A stretch of DNA of 63,740 bases, filler included, from Octopus bimaculoides (Eukaryota): assembly GCF_001194135.2 (NCBI RefSeq). It is 5 parts of 4 records of this genome, joined end to end, with 100 filler letters (N's around TTAATTAATTAA, not from the genome) between each part and the next. Parts side by side here need not be neighbours in the genome. Positions count along the whole stretch, not along the records: positions 1 to 31,771 come from NC_068982.1; 4 more parts are not named here. One strand, given 5' to 3'. Within the stretch, counting starts at the first letter, position 1. Every line of letters begins with the position of its first letter. Both the position numbers and the translations under genes were made by a program. Below the pieces are notes generated by a model that saw nothing but the letters and a program-made list of their open reading frames with translations, was not told the DNA's origin and did not search any database. Positions 1 to 12,726 of the stretch are shown here, in pieces.

Positions 1-360
1 ATATACACATATATATATATATATTTACATATATATATACACATATATATATATATATTTACATATATATATACACACATAAATATATATACATTTGTAT
101 GTATATATATATATATATATGTTTATGCATATATACACATATATATATATTTACATATATATATACACATATATAAATATATATACATTTGTATGTATAT
201 ATATATATGTTTATGCATATATATATTTGTGTGTATATATATATGCACACGTGTGTGTGTGTGCATAAAAGTAGGTAATGTATGTGTGTTTATAGATAGA
301 CAGATGTGTGTGTGTGTGTGTGTTTATAAATGCACATATGTATAGATGGATATAGATATA
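1..360. repeat. Compound TA/CA/TG microsatellite
   Basis: Seen directly; similar tracts at 645-950, 1371-1597, 19621-19716, 52990-53570 and 59260-59898. Confidence 0.95.
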
Positions 361-1514
361 CCATACATTTTGGAGTTGTACTTATTTGGTAAGTAATGAG
401 TTCTGAAATGGTGTGTTGAAACTAACAGAGTCACGTCGAAGAAGAGATATTTCAACCATTTGAGAACACAGAGAAATGGCGGAATTCACTTCCCATTTGA
501 TAACTTATAGCACCATTTGTTATGAAGAGTCAAAAGTTTGGGCTGCAATTTTGCAATCTGGATAAGAAATAAATGGAAAGTGGATATCATGCAATTTGTA
601 CCTTCTTAACTGACCCAAACAATTCTTCCATGATGTATTTATTATATATACATACATACATACACACAACCACACATATATATATACACACACACACTTA
701 TATCTGCATATGTATATTCTTATATATATTGCATTAGATGACTATACAATATATATGTATGTATATATTTATATACATGAATACATACATACATTACACT
801 AGATGAATATATAAATAAATATATGTGTATATATTTATATATATGCATCCATATATGTATTACACTAGATGAATATATAAATGTGTATGTGTGTATTATA
901 TCTATATATCAATATATATATACACACACACACACATACATACATATGAATACATATTGTGTATGGACACTGTTATTGTAGCAAATTCATAAATTCTGTA
1001 AGTGAAGTTGTAAACTTCTTAGAATTTCGAATGAAATTAACTGTTAATTTAAATATTTGATTGATTGATTAAATTGTTCTTTGAAAGATTCTTTGACCAG
1101 TGGTGGGCTATCTCTAAAAAAAAAATAATAAAATTCATGAAAAATAAAAACAATATATATATAAATATATTTTCTTCCCTAAGGGATTATCCAACCTGGC
1201 AAAGATACTCATTGGGTAATTAATTTGCTAGTAATTAAATGAATTTCTATAACAGAGCCTGTACTGGCCAAGCTTGATTCTGCTCAAATTTGGGGAATTG
1301 CAATTTGGACCGGTGTTTTGGGTTTCTAATGGCCCATGAAAGAGAATTACAGAATCTTAAGATCTGGCGGGATATATACATATATATATATATATACATA
1401 CATATATATACACACATATATATATATATACATACATATATACATATATATATATACACAAACACATATATATGTACATATGTATATGTACATATATATA
1501 TGTACATACGTATA

Positions 1515-1547
<33 letters not shown>

Positions 1548-1679
1548 GTACATACGTATATATATATGTATATATGTATATATATATATATATATATGAA
1601 GTAGAAGAGGATTTTCTATTTGCTCAATTCATTCTACTCTCCCCATCAATACTAAATAGAAGTGAATAAAATCTTCTTG

Positions 1680-1866
1680 TTGTTTAGCCCCAGGTCTGCC
1701 CTGATTGAGCAGACCAATAATCAAAGGCATTCCAGCCATGACCATCACGTTTCACTCAGACACAAGCTTAAGCATCGACGACCACCCAATATGCAAATGT
1801 CTCCCCCTTTATCCCAAGATGTCGGAAGAATTTTGAGTTTGAGGGAGATTTAGTTGTGCATTTCTT
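1680..1866. repeat. Dispersed repeat family E (tttagccccaggtcagccctga...gatttggctgctatttctagc)
   Basis: Related copies near 12845-13050, 23450-23600, 24440-24520, 33490-33680, 41210-41380 and 58130-58210. Confidence 0.6.
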
Positions 1867-3057
1867 TAAAGACTGAGAGTCCACGTGGAATGGATATCCC
1901 TCAAACATTTGAATCGGGCATTCAACTATAAATAACTCCCTGTAAATAGTGTATTCGTTTCCCTGCTAACACAGTGAAATTAAAAACACTTGTGGGCTGG
2001 GTGAAACTTTTCTAACACAGGGTAAACCAAAAAACAAAGTATTAGATGGAATAAAAAAAATAAAGATAATTATAAAGATGATGACAATGATGTTGATGAT
2101 GATAAAAAAATTCTCAGCAATTTTTTTTGAGTGGTTATTGTTTATTGTTTCCAAATGTCCCTCTTCCAATATTGACAAGTTTATTATTATTATTATTATT
2201 ATTTTTGGTATTTTTTTTTCCTATTTTTAATGTACATTTTTTTTTTTTTTGACTTTACATGTTTTCCTCTTTAAACTATCAATATTCTAGTTATCCCCTA
2301 CTTATATGTAAATGCTGGTAAAAAAAAGAAAGGAAGGAAGCTAATCAATGCAAGCTGTCATCTAATTGTGACTGCAAATANNNNNNNNNNCCCCACCCAT
2401 CACCTCTTAAAACAACTGGCAATTTGAAAAGAGAATTGGTATAAAATATTCACAGAAACTGTTCGACTCTTTCTTTGCTTATTCTTTGCTAAAACCATGT
2501 TGTTTGTTATTTGTGTCCTTTTTTTGTATTTTCTTTCGGTTTTTTTTTTTGTAATATTTTTAATAATTTGAAGTGACTTGGTTTGTTTTAGAAGCGTATA
2601 AAGTGAATTTAAAGTAGAGGGAGAGAGAGGGGGTGGGAGAGGATATAAAATGACCAGAGAAATAGCCACTGAGATCATCCGTGTAAATGAAAGAGAGAAG
2701 CAGAAAGAGGGTGAGAGAGAGAGAGAGAAAACTAGAGAGACAAAGAAGGAGAGAAAGAGAACCAGAGGAAAATGAGGAGAGAGAGAGAGAGAGAGAAGAC
2801 AGGCAAAATGAGAAAGAGACGAGAGAGAGAAGGAAAAAGAGGACGAGAGAGACTACTAAATAGTTGCTGGACATTAATGTATTCAAAATTGTTGCTAAGT
2901 CACTGCTTTAAATTTCAGTTCACTGATTTACCTTCAAGCTAGAAGACCTTTGTGTCACTTAACACCTTAAGTTAGCCTTATGGACCTCCACAAATTCTTG
3001 TGTTACATGTTCAAATCCATTGTCGGTATATTATTGTAAAGGGTAAAGGCCCTCTTC

Positions 3058-3288
3058 TGTCATGACAATGTGACAAGAATGATCCATTGGGAACTCTGTG
3101 GAAATCACGGCCTACAAAGAGCAAAGACGTGGTATGAGCAAACCCCGGAAGTAGTCACCGGAAATGAGAACTGCAAAATCCTGTGGGATGTAATGATCCA
3201 GTGCGATCATCTGACCAGACATAGGAAACCGGACATTATTGTGGTGAATAAAAAAGAAAGAACATGTATGATAATCGACATAACATTC
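3058..3288 (+). mobile_element. R4/Dong-clade non-LTR retrotransposon fragment (restriction-like endonuclease region)
   Basis: HDNVTRMIHWELC...WYEQTPEVVTGNENCKILWDVMIQCDHLTRHRKPDIIVVNKKERTCMIID: RHD, KILWD and RxPDI..IID motifs. Confidence 0.8.
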
Positions 3289-3290
3289 CA

Positions 3291-3347
3291 GAAAACGAGG
3301 CTCTGGAATGAAAACGAAGCTCTGGATTGAAAACGAGGCTCTGGATT
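3291..3347. repeat. 19-bp minisatellite x3 (gaaaacgaggctctggatt)
   Basis: Units at 3291, 3310 and 3329. Confidence 0.9.
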
Positions 3348-4334
3348 TTCATTCCAGCACTCTAATTTGTTGAGCGTATATGAAATAATTATAATAATAA
3401 TGAAAGCCATAGAAATTCTACCATTATTACTATTAAAATAAGTATTTACATGCCACAGTGATTATGTGTCGTCATAAAAATATTCTAATGTTCAGTTAAG
3501 CAGATCCAGAAATTCTGAATGAACTACTCTGGAGACATAGAAAAATATAACTGAATATTAAATAGTTTCAATTTAAAAGCTTCTGTATTTAATATAGATT
3601 TCCCAGTGATAATAGCAAAATTTTGCAGCAGTTATCTTCAAGCTATTACACTGTGCCAAGTATTTCACTATGACAGAAATAATTATATTAATTTACACTA
3701 TAATTTGGAGTCTGATTAAACTAAATTTAGAAAAAATAAAAATAAATATGAAAAATGTGTAAAAGGAAAAAAATTCTAAAAAATGTGAGTAATCTCTATA
3801 TTTGAAGAGAATATACTAAAAAAGAATTATAAACAAGAATCCTGTGATGTTCAAAAACAGCAATTTATGTAAACGAAATTAGTTGTTCTGGTTAACATAA
3901 AGATGATATGACATGTGTCAGAATTATGTTTTAAAATACAGAACATTTAATACTTAGAATTAAGCAATATCTATTGAATATGAGATAATCTTCTAGTGTG
4001 TAAAGTCTGATGTGGGTAAGAGGACCGGTGCTCTGCCGCTCACGACGACGAGTGTTCTAAGTTGATCTGGTCAGTGGAACAGCCTGCTCATGAAACTTAT
4101 ATGGAAATCGCAGAGCACTCCACAGACATGTGTATCCCTAATGTAGTTCTCAGGGAGATTCAGGGTCACACTCCAGTAGAATAAAATAGGAATCAAAGGA
4201 GTTCATAGGCAAAAAAAAGGGTTGAGAACCACTGATTTAACCCCTTTGTTACCCTATTTCTGTTGAGATGTTCAGTGTTTCTTTCAATTAATTTTAAATA
4301 TAACCAAGAATTTAGTAACATAACTTAGTTAACA

Positions 4335-4905
4335 AAATCGAACCAAATTTGACGGCTGGCACCCATGCCAACTTCTTCATTGGACACTAAATTCTGCTTG
4401 GGGCAAGTGAAATCGAAATCGTAATTGAACCATATTCGATGACTGGCACCTGCGCTAGTGGAGCACAAACAGCACCGTCCGAGCATGATCATTGCCAGAG
4501 CAGCTGTCTGGCTTCCATGCTAGTGGCACGTAAATAGCACCATTTGAACATGATCGTTACCAGTGTCGCCTTACTGGCACTTGTGCTGGTGGCATGTTAG
4601 AAAATCATTCGAGCGAGGTCGTTGCCAGTGTCCCTGGACTGGCTCCTGTGCAGGTGGCATGTAAAAATCACCATTTTGAGCCTGGCTGTTGCCAGTACTG
4701 CCTGACTGGCCCTCATGCCGGTGTCATGTAAAAAGCACCCACTACACTCTCGGAGTGGTTGGCATTAGGAAGAGCATCCAGCTGTAGAAGCTCTGCCAGA
4801 TCAGATTGGAGCCTGGTGCAGCCTTCTGGCTTACCAGTCCTCAGTCAAATCATCCAACCCATGCGAGCATGGAAAGTGGACGTTAAATGATGATGATCAT
4901 CATCA
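4335..4905 (+). mobile_element. RTE-LINE 3' UTR copy with about five internal ~60-bp repeat units
   Basis: Same sequence as 11340-11715, with repeated gccagtgc..actggc..gtggcacgtaaaa units and a (GAT)n tail. Confidence 0.8.
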
Positions 4906-5370
4906 TTAAGCTAGTGTTAAGAACATAAAAGTTTTGGTGAAAGATCTCAATTCAGAACTTTTGGAAAGAAGACATTTGTACTCAGAGCCAGAGATGGTTT
5001 CAGGTGGGTTGGTAATGAAAAGGTTAAATAGAATTCCAGATTGATTAGACTAATTTTTTTCCTATTATGGGCTTTTATCTTGTTTTTTTAATTTTTATTT
5101 TTTATAATGTCCACATTTCTTTGTATGGGTCAGGTGGAGTTTATTGAAGGAGATTTTGTATGGCTGGATGCCCTTCCTGCCACCAACCTTCACCTGTTTC
5201 AAAGTAAGTTAATATTTCCCCATGGACAGATTCTTGCAGAACATTGGAAAAGATTGACACTGCCGGTATGACAATGACAATCATTTACCACAGTCATTCA
5301 ATGTCAAGACGAGGGAACACAAACACACGCATACATATGTATATATACATATGTATATATATCATCATAA

Positions 5371-5614
5371 ATATACAGGGATTAGCATTGAGTTGCTTCT
5401 CCAACATACTGAAAATTTAGAAATAGCAGTCAAAGAACTACTGATTCTAAACTACAAATTTTTCGCTTTTCCCTCCGGTTTTTGTTCTATGTGTGCCATA
5501 AATATCGCCATCCATTTAGAGAAAAATTTGTAGTTTAGAATCAGTAGTTCTTTGACTGCTATTTCTAAATTTTCAGTATGTTGGAGAAGCAACTCAATGC
5601 TAATCCCTGTATAT
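5371..5614 (-). mobile_element. PLE-like fragment with a perfect 94-bp inverted duplication
   Basis: 5371-5464 is the exact reverse complement of 5521-5614, with a 56-nt spacer. 5455-5605 aligns by eye with 22040-22175. Confidence 0.5.
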
Positions 5615-6074
5615 NNNNNNNNNNNNNNNNNNNNNNNNNNNNNNNNNNNNNNNNNNNNNNNNNNNNNNNNNNNNNNNNNNNNNNNNNNNNNNNNNNNNNN
5701 NNNNNNNNNNNNNNNNNNNNNNNNNNNNNNNNNNNNNNNNNNNNNNNNNNNNNNNNNNNNNNNNNNNNNNNNNNNNNNNNNNNNNNNNNNNNNNNNNNNN
5801 NNNNNNNNNNNNNNNNNNNNNNNNNNNNNNNNNNNNNNNNNNNNNNNNNNNNNNNNNNNNNNNNNNNNNNNNNNNNNNNNNNNNNNNNNNNNNNNNNNNN
5901 NNNNNNNNNNNNNNNNNNNNNNNNNNNNNNNNNNNNNNNNNNNNNNNNNNNNNNNNNNNNNNNNNNNNNNNNNNNNNNNNNNNNNNNNNNNNNNNNNNNN
6001 NNNNNNNNNNNNNNNNNNNNNNNNNNNNNNNNNNNNNNNNNNNNNNNNNNNNNNNNNNNNNNNNNNNNNNNNNN

Positions 6075-6107
<33 letters not shown>

Positions 6108-6109
<2 letters not shown>

Positions 6110-6290
6110 TGCCAGCATCTCATAAAAAGCACCCAGTACACACTGTGAAGTGGTTGGCATTAGAATGGGCATCCAGCCATAGGAACTGAGCCAAAACAGA
6201 TGACTGGAGCCTGGTGCTGTCCACTGGTTTGCCAGCTCCTGTCAAACTGATCAACTAAAGCCAGCATAGAGAATGGATATTAAATGATGA
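6108..6290 (+). mobile_element. RTE 3' UTR-derived repeat copy
   Basis: aaaagcacccagtacac...gggcatccagcc...tgatgatg. Confidence 0.7.
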
Positions 6291-8201
6291 TGGGCTTCTT
6301 TCAGCTTCTGTCTGACATGGCTTTGACCAGCCTGGGGCTATAGAAAAAAAAAATACTTGCACAAGGTGCCATGCAGTGGGAATGAACTTAAAACTATTTC
6401 ATCAGGAAGTGCAGTATTCTGTGGCGAGTAATTTTCTCGGCAGTGTGTATATCTTTGGCTGATATACTCGGCATAGATTTTGCCAAACAGGTGGCATGTT
6501 TAATTAATTTTGAACTTTGGAAAATTCTATAATATTGAACATTTTTCTAATTATTAGAAATAAACTAAAAATTCATTATAAAAATCAGCTATTAAAGCTA
6601 GACAGAGACTAATTGAAGACGAACCGATCAGATTGAGAACAAAATACCTTACCCACACCCTTGAATGCAAAAATATTTGTCACACTAAATTGGATGAGGC
6701 TAAGTATTCATCTGCAAGGCCTCTTAGCTGTGTTGAATCTCCTTTACTCACCACCTAGTTGTTTTGTGTAAAGTAATAATACGAAGATTAATAGCTTCTC
6801 CTTAAGATGAATCAACCTTTCCAATAGTTTGCTATATTTCAAAGAGTATTAGCATGGCTTAGTTCTTTTCTTTTCACAGCAGTGGAGCAATGTAAAATTA
6901 CCAGTGNNNNNNNNNNAGGCAAAAAGTGTAAAAAAAAAAAAAAAGAAACTAAGTAAAGATCAGACAAAGTTTATATCACTTGAGGTTCTTGTAATTCAGC
7001 TTGGCAAGTTTGGCATTACAATGGTGTGACCTTACAATGGGAGGTATGTTACAAGATAAAGTATGGCAAAACAAAACTAAAGCTAAACAGAATGAGTAAC
7101 ACAAGAAGCAACATGCAATGCTATCTATAATATATTTTTTGTGGGCTCCATGTGCTAGAACATAAAACATATATATTACAGGTTTTTTTTCCTGATTGAT
7201 GAAAATATGTGCACATATCATTCTCAAGTGCATGTAAGTTTGAAAAATATTCAAATAATATTTGCATGCCTATCTTGAAGCTACAGGATGAGAAATGAAT
7301 ACATATGATAACATTGTATATTCTGTATATATCCTGCGTCATAAAGAGGCACCTAAAATGCAGGCGACAGGAAGTGCATCCGGTTGTAAAATGCTACCTC
7401 TAACGAGTAACTATGAAGAGAATGATTAAACTGTTATAGGGGGTCACAAGGCTAACCTTTGCTTTCACTGGTAAAACAGTCTTAAAAAGTTTGTTGTATG
7501 ATATCATTGAATGGCATACTGTGTTATTTATGAAACATGTTGTTACCAAAAAAAAAAAAATGGTGCCCCAGTATGGCCCCAGCTCTTGAGCTGAAACTAG
7601 TAAAAGAGCATATGTTCATTTGAACACCGATTTTCTTTTTTCTCTGATATTATTGATAAGTCTATCCATGTGCACATATTTTTGTGCATTGTAGCATAAG
7701 ATAGGATTTGAAGAGCATATTGGTGGTGTTTGAGTGAGTGTGTGTGTGTGTGTGTATATACATAGATATATATATATATANNNNNNNNNNNNNNNNNNNN
7801 NNNNNNNNNNNNNNNNNNNNNNNNNNNNNNNNNNNNNNNNNNNNNNNNNNNNNNNNNNNNNNNNNNNNNNNNNNNNNNNNNNNNNNNNNNNNNNNNNNNN
7901 NNNNNNNNNNNNNNNNNNNNNNNNNNNNNNNNNNNNNNNNNNNNNNNNNNNNNNNNNNNNNNNNNNNNNNNNNNNNNNNNNNNNNNNNNNNNNNNNNNNN
8001 NNNNNNNNNNNNNNNNNNNNNNNNNNNNNNNNNNNNNNNNNNNNNNNNNNNNNNNNNNNNNNNNNNNNNNNNNNNNNNNNNNNNNNNNNNNNNNNNNNNN
8101 NNNNNNNNNNNNNNNNNNNNNNNNNNNNNNNNNNNNNNNNNNNNNNNNNNNNNNNNNNNNNNNNNNNNNNNNNNNNNNNNNNNNNNNNNNNNNNNNNNNN
8201 N

Positions 8202-8388
8202 CGTGCTGGTGGCACGTAAAAGCGCCCACTACACTCTTGGAGTGGTTGGCGTTAGGAAGGGCATCCAGCTGTAGAAACTCTGCCTGATCAGATTGGAGCC
8301 TGGTGCAGCCATCTGGTTCGCCAGTCCTCAGTCAAATCGTCCGACCCATGCTAGCATGGAAAGCAGATGTTAAACGATGATGATGATA
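8202..8388 (+). mobile_element. RTE 3' UTR-derived repeat copy
   Basis: Close match to 11540-11715. Confidence 0.8.
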
Positions 8389-8544
8389 TATATATATTTC
8401 GTTTTTGGATTTGGTCATAGCACTGGTACCTGTGCTTTTTACATGGTACCAGCACTGACGAGCCTGTAAGATTACAACTGGAAAGGGATGCAGGGGACAA
8501 GCCTGTATGCAAGGACAAGATTGATTTTACTTTGCTTGACATGT

Positions 8545-9125
8545 CTTTTCAAACACAGCAAACCATTAGGAGTCTTGGTCCCCTGCCATCCCCTCTGTGA
8601 GCCCAAACATCTCTAGATCCTTTGTCCCACATCTTCTTGGGTCTACCCCTTCGATATGTTCTCTCTACAATTAGAGATCGGCACCTCTTGATGCAGCTGA
8701 ACTGCCATCATTCACACACATTACATGGCTGTACCAGTGCAGTCTTCTCTCTTGCACACTACATCTGATGCCTCTTATACCCAGTTCTTCTCTCAAATCA
8801 CTCACACTCTGTTATATATACACACTGACATTACCCATCCAGTGGAGCAATGCTGGCTTCGTTTCTTTCAAGCCTTTACATATCCTCAATAGTCACAGCC
8901 CATGTCTTACTGCCATATAGCATAGCTGTTGGTACACAGGCATCATACAATTTGCTTTTCACTCTGAGGGAGAAACCCTTCATTTTTAGCAGAGGTAGTA
9001 GCTCTCTGAATTTCATCCAGCCTATTCTTATTCTAGCAGCTATGCTTTCAGAACAACCTCCACCACTACTAACTTGGTCACCTAAGTGATGGAAAGTGTC
9101 TACTACTTCTTTGAAGGAATCTATT
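8545..9125 (-). mobile_element. RTE-clade LINE C-terminal ORF fragment
   Basis: EVVDTFHHLGDQVSSGGGCSESIAARIRIGWMKFRELLPLL...KLYDACVPTAMLYGSKTW, continuing with frameshifts to a GRPKKMWD-type end. Confidence 0.85.
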
Positions 9126-9732
9126 TTTTTGTACATTTCTGGTGTTTAATGTACCTGCACATCTGCCACTTGTAACGACTACTTTCTCTGTTGGTCTTCC
9201 GATGATACTGCTGGGGAGCATGATAAAATGAAGGTATGCCTTCATAAGGGCTACAACATAAGCATATATTACTTGGATATATTGAGGTTGCAGGATACAA
9301 GTACAGCATAACAGGAAAGATGACAAAGTTGAAGGGATTCATAAGAGACAATATAACTGAAAGAAAACATGATTAACTATAAAAAACACAGAAAGGAGTT
9401 GTGACATGTGATACGAGGAGAGAAATTGAGTTTAATGATGTACAATGAGAGAAATTCAAGTGAAGGCATGACAAATTGGAATCATATCATGCAAGAAGGT
9501 ATGGCATTAAGAACTCCACCATTAGGTGGAAATATTGTACAACCAAAGGAATAATGAAAAGCACGACACCATGATATGATANNNNNNNNNNNNNNNNNNN
9601 NNNNNNNNNNNNNNNNNNNNNNNNNNNNNNNNNNNNNNNNNNNNNNNNNNNNNNNNNNNNNNNNNNNNNNNNNNNNNNNNNNNNNNNNNNNNNNNNNNNN
9701 NNNNNNNNNNNNNNNNNNNNNNNNNNNNNNNN

Positions 9733-9790
<58 letters not shown>

Positions 9791-10243
9791 TTATATAAGA
9801 TGATAGAATTTGCAATAAAATATTGATGAAGTGGGGGTCAGGTGAGGGGTAAAGGGGTTAGCTCTTCTCTCTGGAATTCTCACCTTGCTTCTGTTATTCA
9901 TGTATCCATTAACTTAGAGTTGTTTAAGAGGAACAGCCATCATCCATTTCAGTCTGCCAAGGTCATGGATAAAGACTTTTTCTCCAGATCAAATCATTAA
10001 AGACAAAAAAAGGAAACCGAAACAAAGCTATGTTATGAAGCAGTGATTGAATATAAGTCATAAAATAAATTGAAATCAGGAGGGAATATGGTTTATGGAT
10101 AAGTTGGATACAAGGAGGTATGGAATATAATGACAACTTGGAAAATGCCAAAGAAAGAAAAAATGAAAAACAGATACATTGTCTAAGTAGTGGTATTGTG
10201 TAATAGGAAGAATTACATGTAAAAATATACATCATAGCAAAAG

Positions 10244-10324
10244 TATAGGGTGTCCATAAAGTTTCTTTACAATATTGAGTTTAAATGTATGAAAGTTGTA
10301 AAGATAATTTATGGATACCCTGTA
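10244..10324. mobile_element. Tiny Tc1/mariner-type MITE
   Basis: TA|tagggtgtccataaagtttctttacaa ... ttgtaaagataatttatggataccctg|TA: ~27-bp TIRs with TA duplication. Confidence 0.75.
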
Positions 10325-10464
10325 TTATTCAAAACAGATTATTACTTATGATGTATGATTTAAATCAGATTATGCCATGGAACTGTTATCCAAGACAAGA
10401 TACAACTATTGGTAGTAAGGTCTGATGTAAGATGAGGGTTAGGACATGTTCTAGAGTTATCTTT

Positions 10465-10677
10465 TATCTTTGACTTGCTCCAGTCATAAAAGTGCAGTCA
10501 TGCTGGAGCACTACTTCCTTGAAGAATTTTTAATTGACTGAATTGACCCCAGGACTCATTTTTAAAAAAACCTGATACTTATTCTATTGGTCTCTTTTGC
10601 TGAACTGCTAAGTTACAGAATGTAAACACTCCAACACTGGTTGTCAAGCAGTGGTGGGAGACAAATACAGATACAAA

Positions 10678-10714
<37 letters not shown>

Positions 10715-10855
10715 GATGAGCTTTTTTTCTGTTTCTGTCTGCCAAATCCACTCACATGGCTTTAGTTGACCCAAAGCTATAGCAGAAGATACTTATCCAA
10801 GATGTCATGAAGTAGAAGTGAACCTGGAACCAAACTTCTTACCACACAACCATGC
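10465..10855 (-). mobile_element. Family B SINE
   Basis: Reverse-complement match, CpG-depleted. Confidence 0.7.
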
Positions 10856-10974
10856 ATCAAGGCATATAACAGAAAAAGAAAAAATTAGAAGAGAGTTATG
10901 ATAAAGGTAAGAATAACAGGATGGGATCACGAAAGATGTTTTGGTTCTTTCTTAGACTATTCAGCATGTTGAAC

Positions 10975-11715
10975 ATAAGAAGCATTGGATGTGGCGTGCA
11001 AGAGAGACGTTTGTGCTGGTATGGTCAAGTACTATGGATGGAGGAGGAGAGATGTGTGAAGAAGTGCCACTTCCAAGCAGTTGAAGGAATCTGGGGTAGA
11101 AGTAGACCCAGGAAGACATGGGATGAGGTGGTGAAGCATGACCTTTGGATGTTGGGCCTCACAGAAGCAATGACGAAAGACTGAGACCTCTGGAGATATG
11201 CTGTGACTGTGAAGACCCGGCAAATAAAGTGAGTTCATGCCTGTGTACTACACCAGTTTCACATAACCAGCCCCAGCCATTCAAAAGTACCTTGGATCGT
11301 AGGGCGACCTGATGTGCTTGAGGAGACCTATTGAGTCAAGTACATCAACATCAAAATGAAAATCAAATGGAAATTGTAGTGGTGATACCTGTGCCAGTGG
11401 CAAGTAAAAAGCACCATCCGAACATGGCTGATGCCAGCGCCACCTTGACTGGCTTCCGTGCAGGTGGCACATAAAAATCACCAACCGATTGTGGTCGTTG
11501 CCAACCTCCTCTGGCCCCTGTGTTGGTGGCATGTAAAAAGCATCCACTAAACTCACAGAGTGGTTGGCGTTAGGAGGGGCATCCAGCTGTAAAAACACTA
11601 CTAGATCAGACTGGAGCCTAGTGCAGCCTCCTGGCTTCCAAGACCCCAGTCGAACTGTCCAACCCATGCTAGCATGGAAAACGGACGTTAAACAATGATG
11701 ATGATGATGATGATT
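10975..11715 (+). mobile_element. RTE-clade LINE 3' end: ORF terminus plus complete 3' UTR ending in (GAT)n
   Basis: VQERRLCWYGQVLWMEEERCVKKC...GRSRPRKTWDEVVKHDL is followed directly by the abundant ...ggaagggcatccagctgtagaaac...catgctagcatggaaagcggacgttaaacgatgatgat repeat. Confidence 0.85.
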
Positions 11716-12336
11716 TAAACTTGAAGAAATTTGTAACTTGAAATTTATTCACAGAAAACAGAAGTTGATTTGAGTCTTAAATGCAGTCTAAATCTTCTGT
11801 GTTTTTATTGGAAGCACATAAGTAATTAGTATTGAAATGACCTTGGTAATTTAATATAATATAAAATGTACTTAATGATCACCATTTAGCTTTAAACAAC
11901 TTCTTGTGACTTAATAAATGAAACATCAACCGAAAAATTCTCTGAAGAATTCACTGGAGTGGAACCAATAGCAAGATTGGTCAAAAAAATAGTGAATCCC
12001 AGCTTGAGACTAATCAACCCTTTTGATACCAATACGCACAAGGCTGTTTCTGGTTCTAGGATAGAAACATCTCGTTAAAAGTAATCTAAATTAAAACCTT
12101 TCAAAGCATCTCAAAATAAATACAGTAACGAAAGGAAAAAGAGGAAAAAGTTGGCTTTTGTGGAGTTTGAATTCAGAGTGTAGAGAATGGGAGCAAATAT
12201 TGGTTTCAAATTCTAGCACAAGGCCAGCACAAGGGGTAAGCCATCTATATCAATCACAATACTTAACAACCCTGAAAAGATGAAAGGCAAAATCGACTTT
12301 GGCAGAATTTGAACTCAGAATATAAAGATGGACGAA

Positions 12337-12726
12337 GTACTTGTATGCTGTCAACTTAATGTGACAGTCCCCTGAAGGGAATAATGCTACTGTTGGTTAG
12401 ACCTAGGAAGCTGCACCGCTTCCTGTCGGTCTTGACACATTTCCTGTGTCCTTATGTTTACAAGGGGGAGACAAGCACCTCCACCCAGCTAAGCCTGCAT
12501 CCAGAGACATGTTTCTGAGTCTTTTCTCATCATCAGTCTGGAGTAGCATGACCTGCTACTCGAAGATGCCTGTCAAGCTCTTGTAAGGCCGACAGGAAGC
12601 AGTGTAGCTTCCTAGGTCTAACCAATGGTAGTATTATTTCCTTCAGGGGACTGTCACATTAAGTTGACAGCCTACAACTACTTCATCGTATCACTACTGC
12701 ATAAATCTCTCTGAAGAGATTTAGAA
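12337..12726 (-). mobile_element. Non-autonomous fold-back element carrying a hammerhead (Penelope-like / retrozyme-like)
   Basis: Inverted arms 12331-12437 and 12571-12687 (~10 mismatches in ~103 nt plus one 10-nt indel). ATGGACGAA is duplicated at 12328-12336 and 12727-12735. The element interrupts a SINE copy. Confidence 0.7.
12500..12542 (-). ncRNA. Minimal type I hammerhead ribozyme motif
   Basis: Minus strand reads UCCAGA-CUGAUGA-UGAG(AAAAGA)CUCA-GAAA-C(AU)G-UC^UCUGGA. Full CUGANGA and GAAA core, 4-bp stem II, palindromic ACAUGU stem III, GUC cleavage triplet, 6-bp stem I. Confidence 0.8.

Noticed and set aside
4430-4740. Regularly spaced palindromic repeats resembling a CRISPR array
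   Set aside because: The spacers are themselves homologous, the context is a eukaryotic LINE 3' UTR ending in (GAT)n, and there are no cas genes.
5376-5609. TA-CAGGG...CCCTG-TA ends suggesting a mariner MITE
   Set aside because: Spacer plus one arm is colinear with the PLE-like remnant at 22 kb, which favours inverted duplication; kept only as an alternative explanation.
6572-6757. Open frame KSAIKARQRLIEDEPIRLRTKYLTHTLECK...
   Set aside because: No start or convincing splice signals and no recognised homology; possibly an old transposon remnant.
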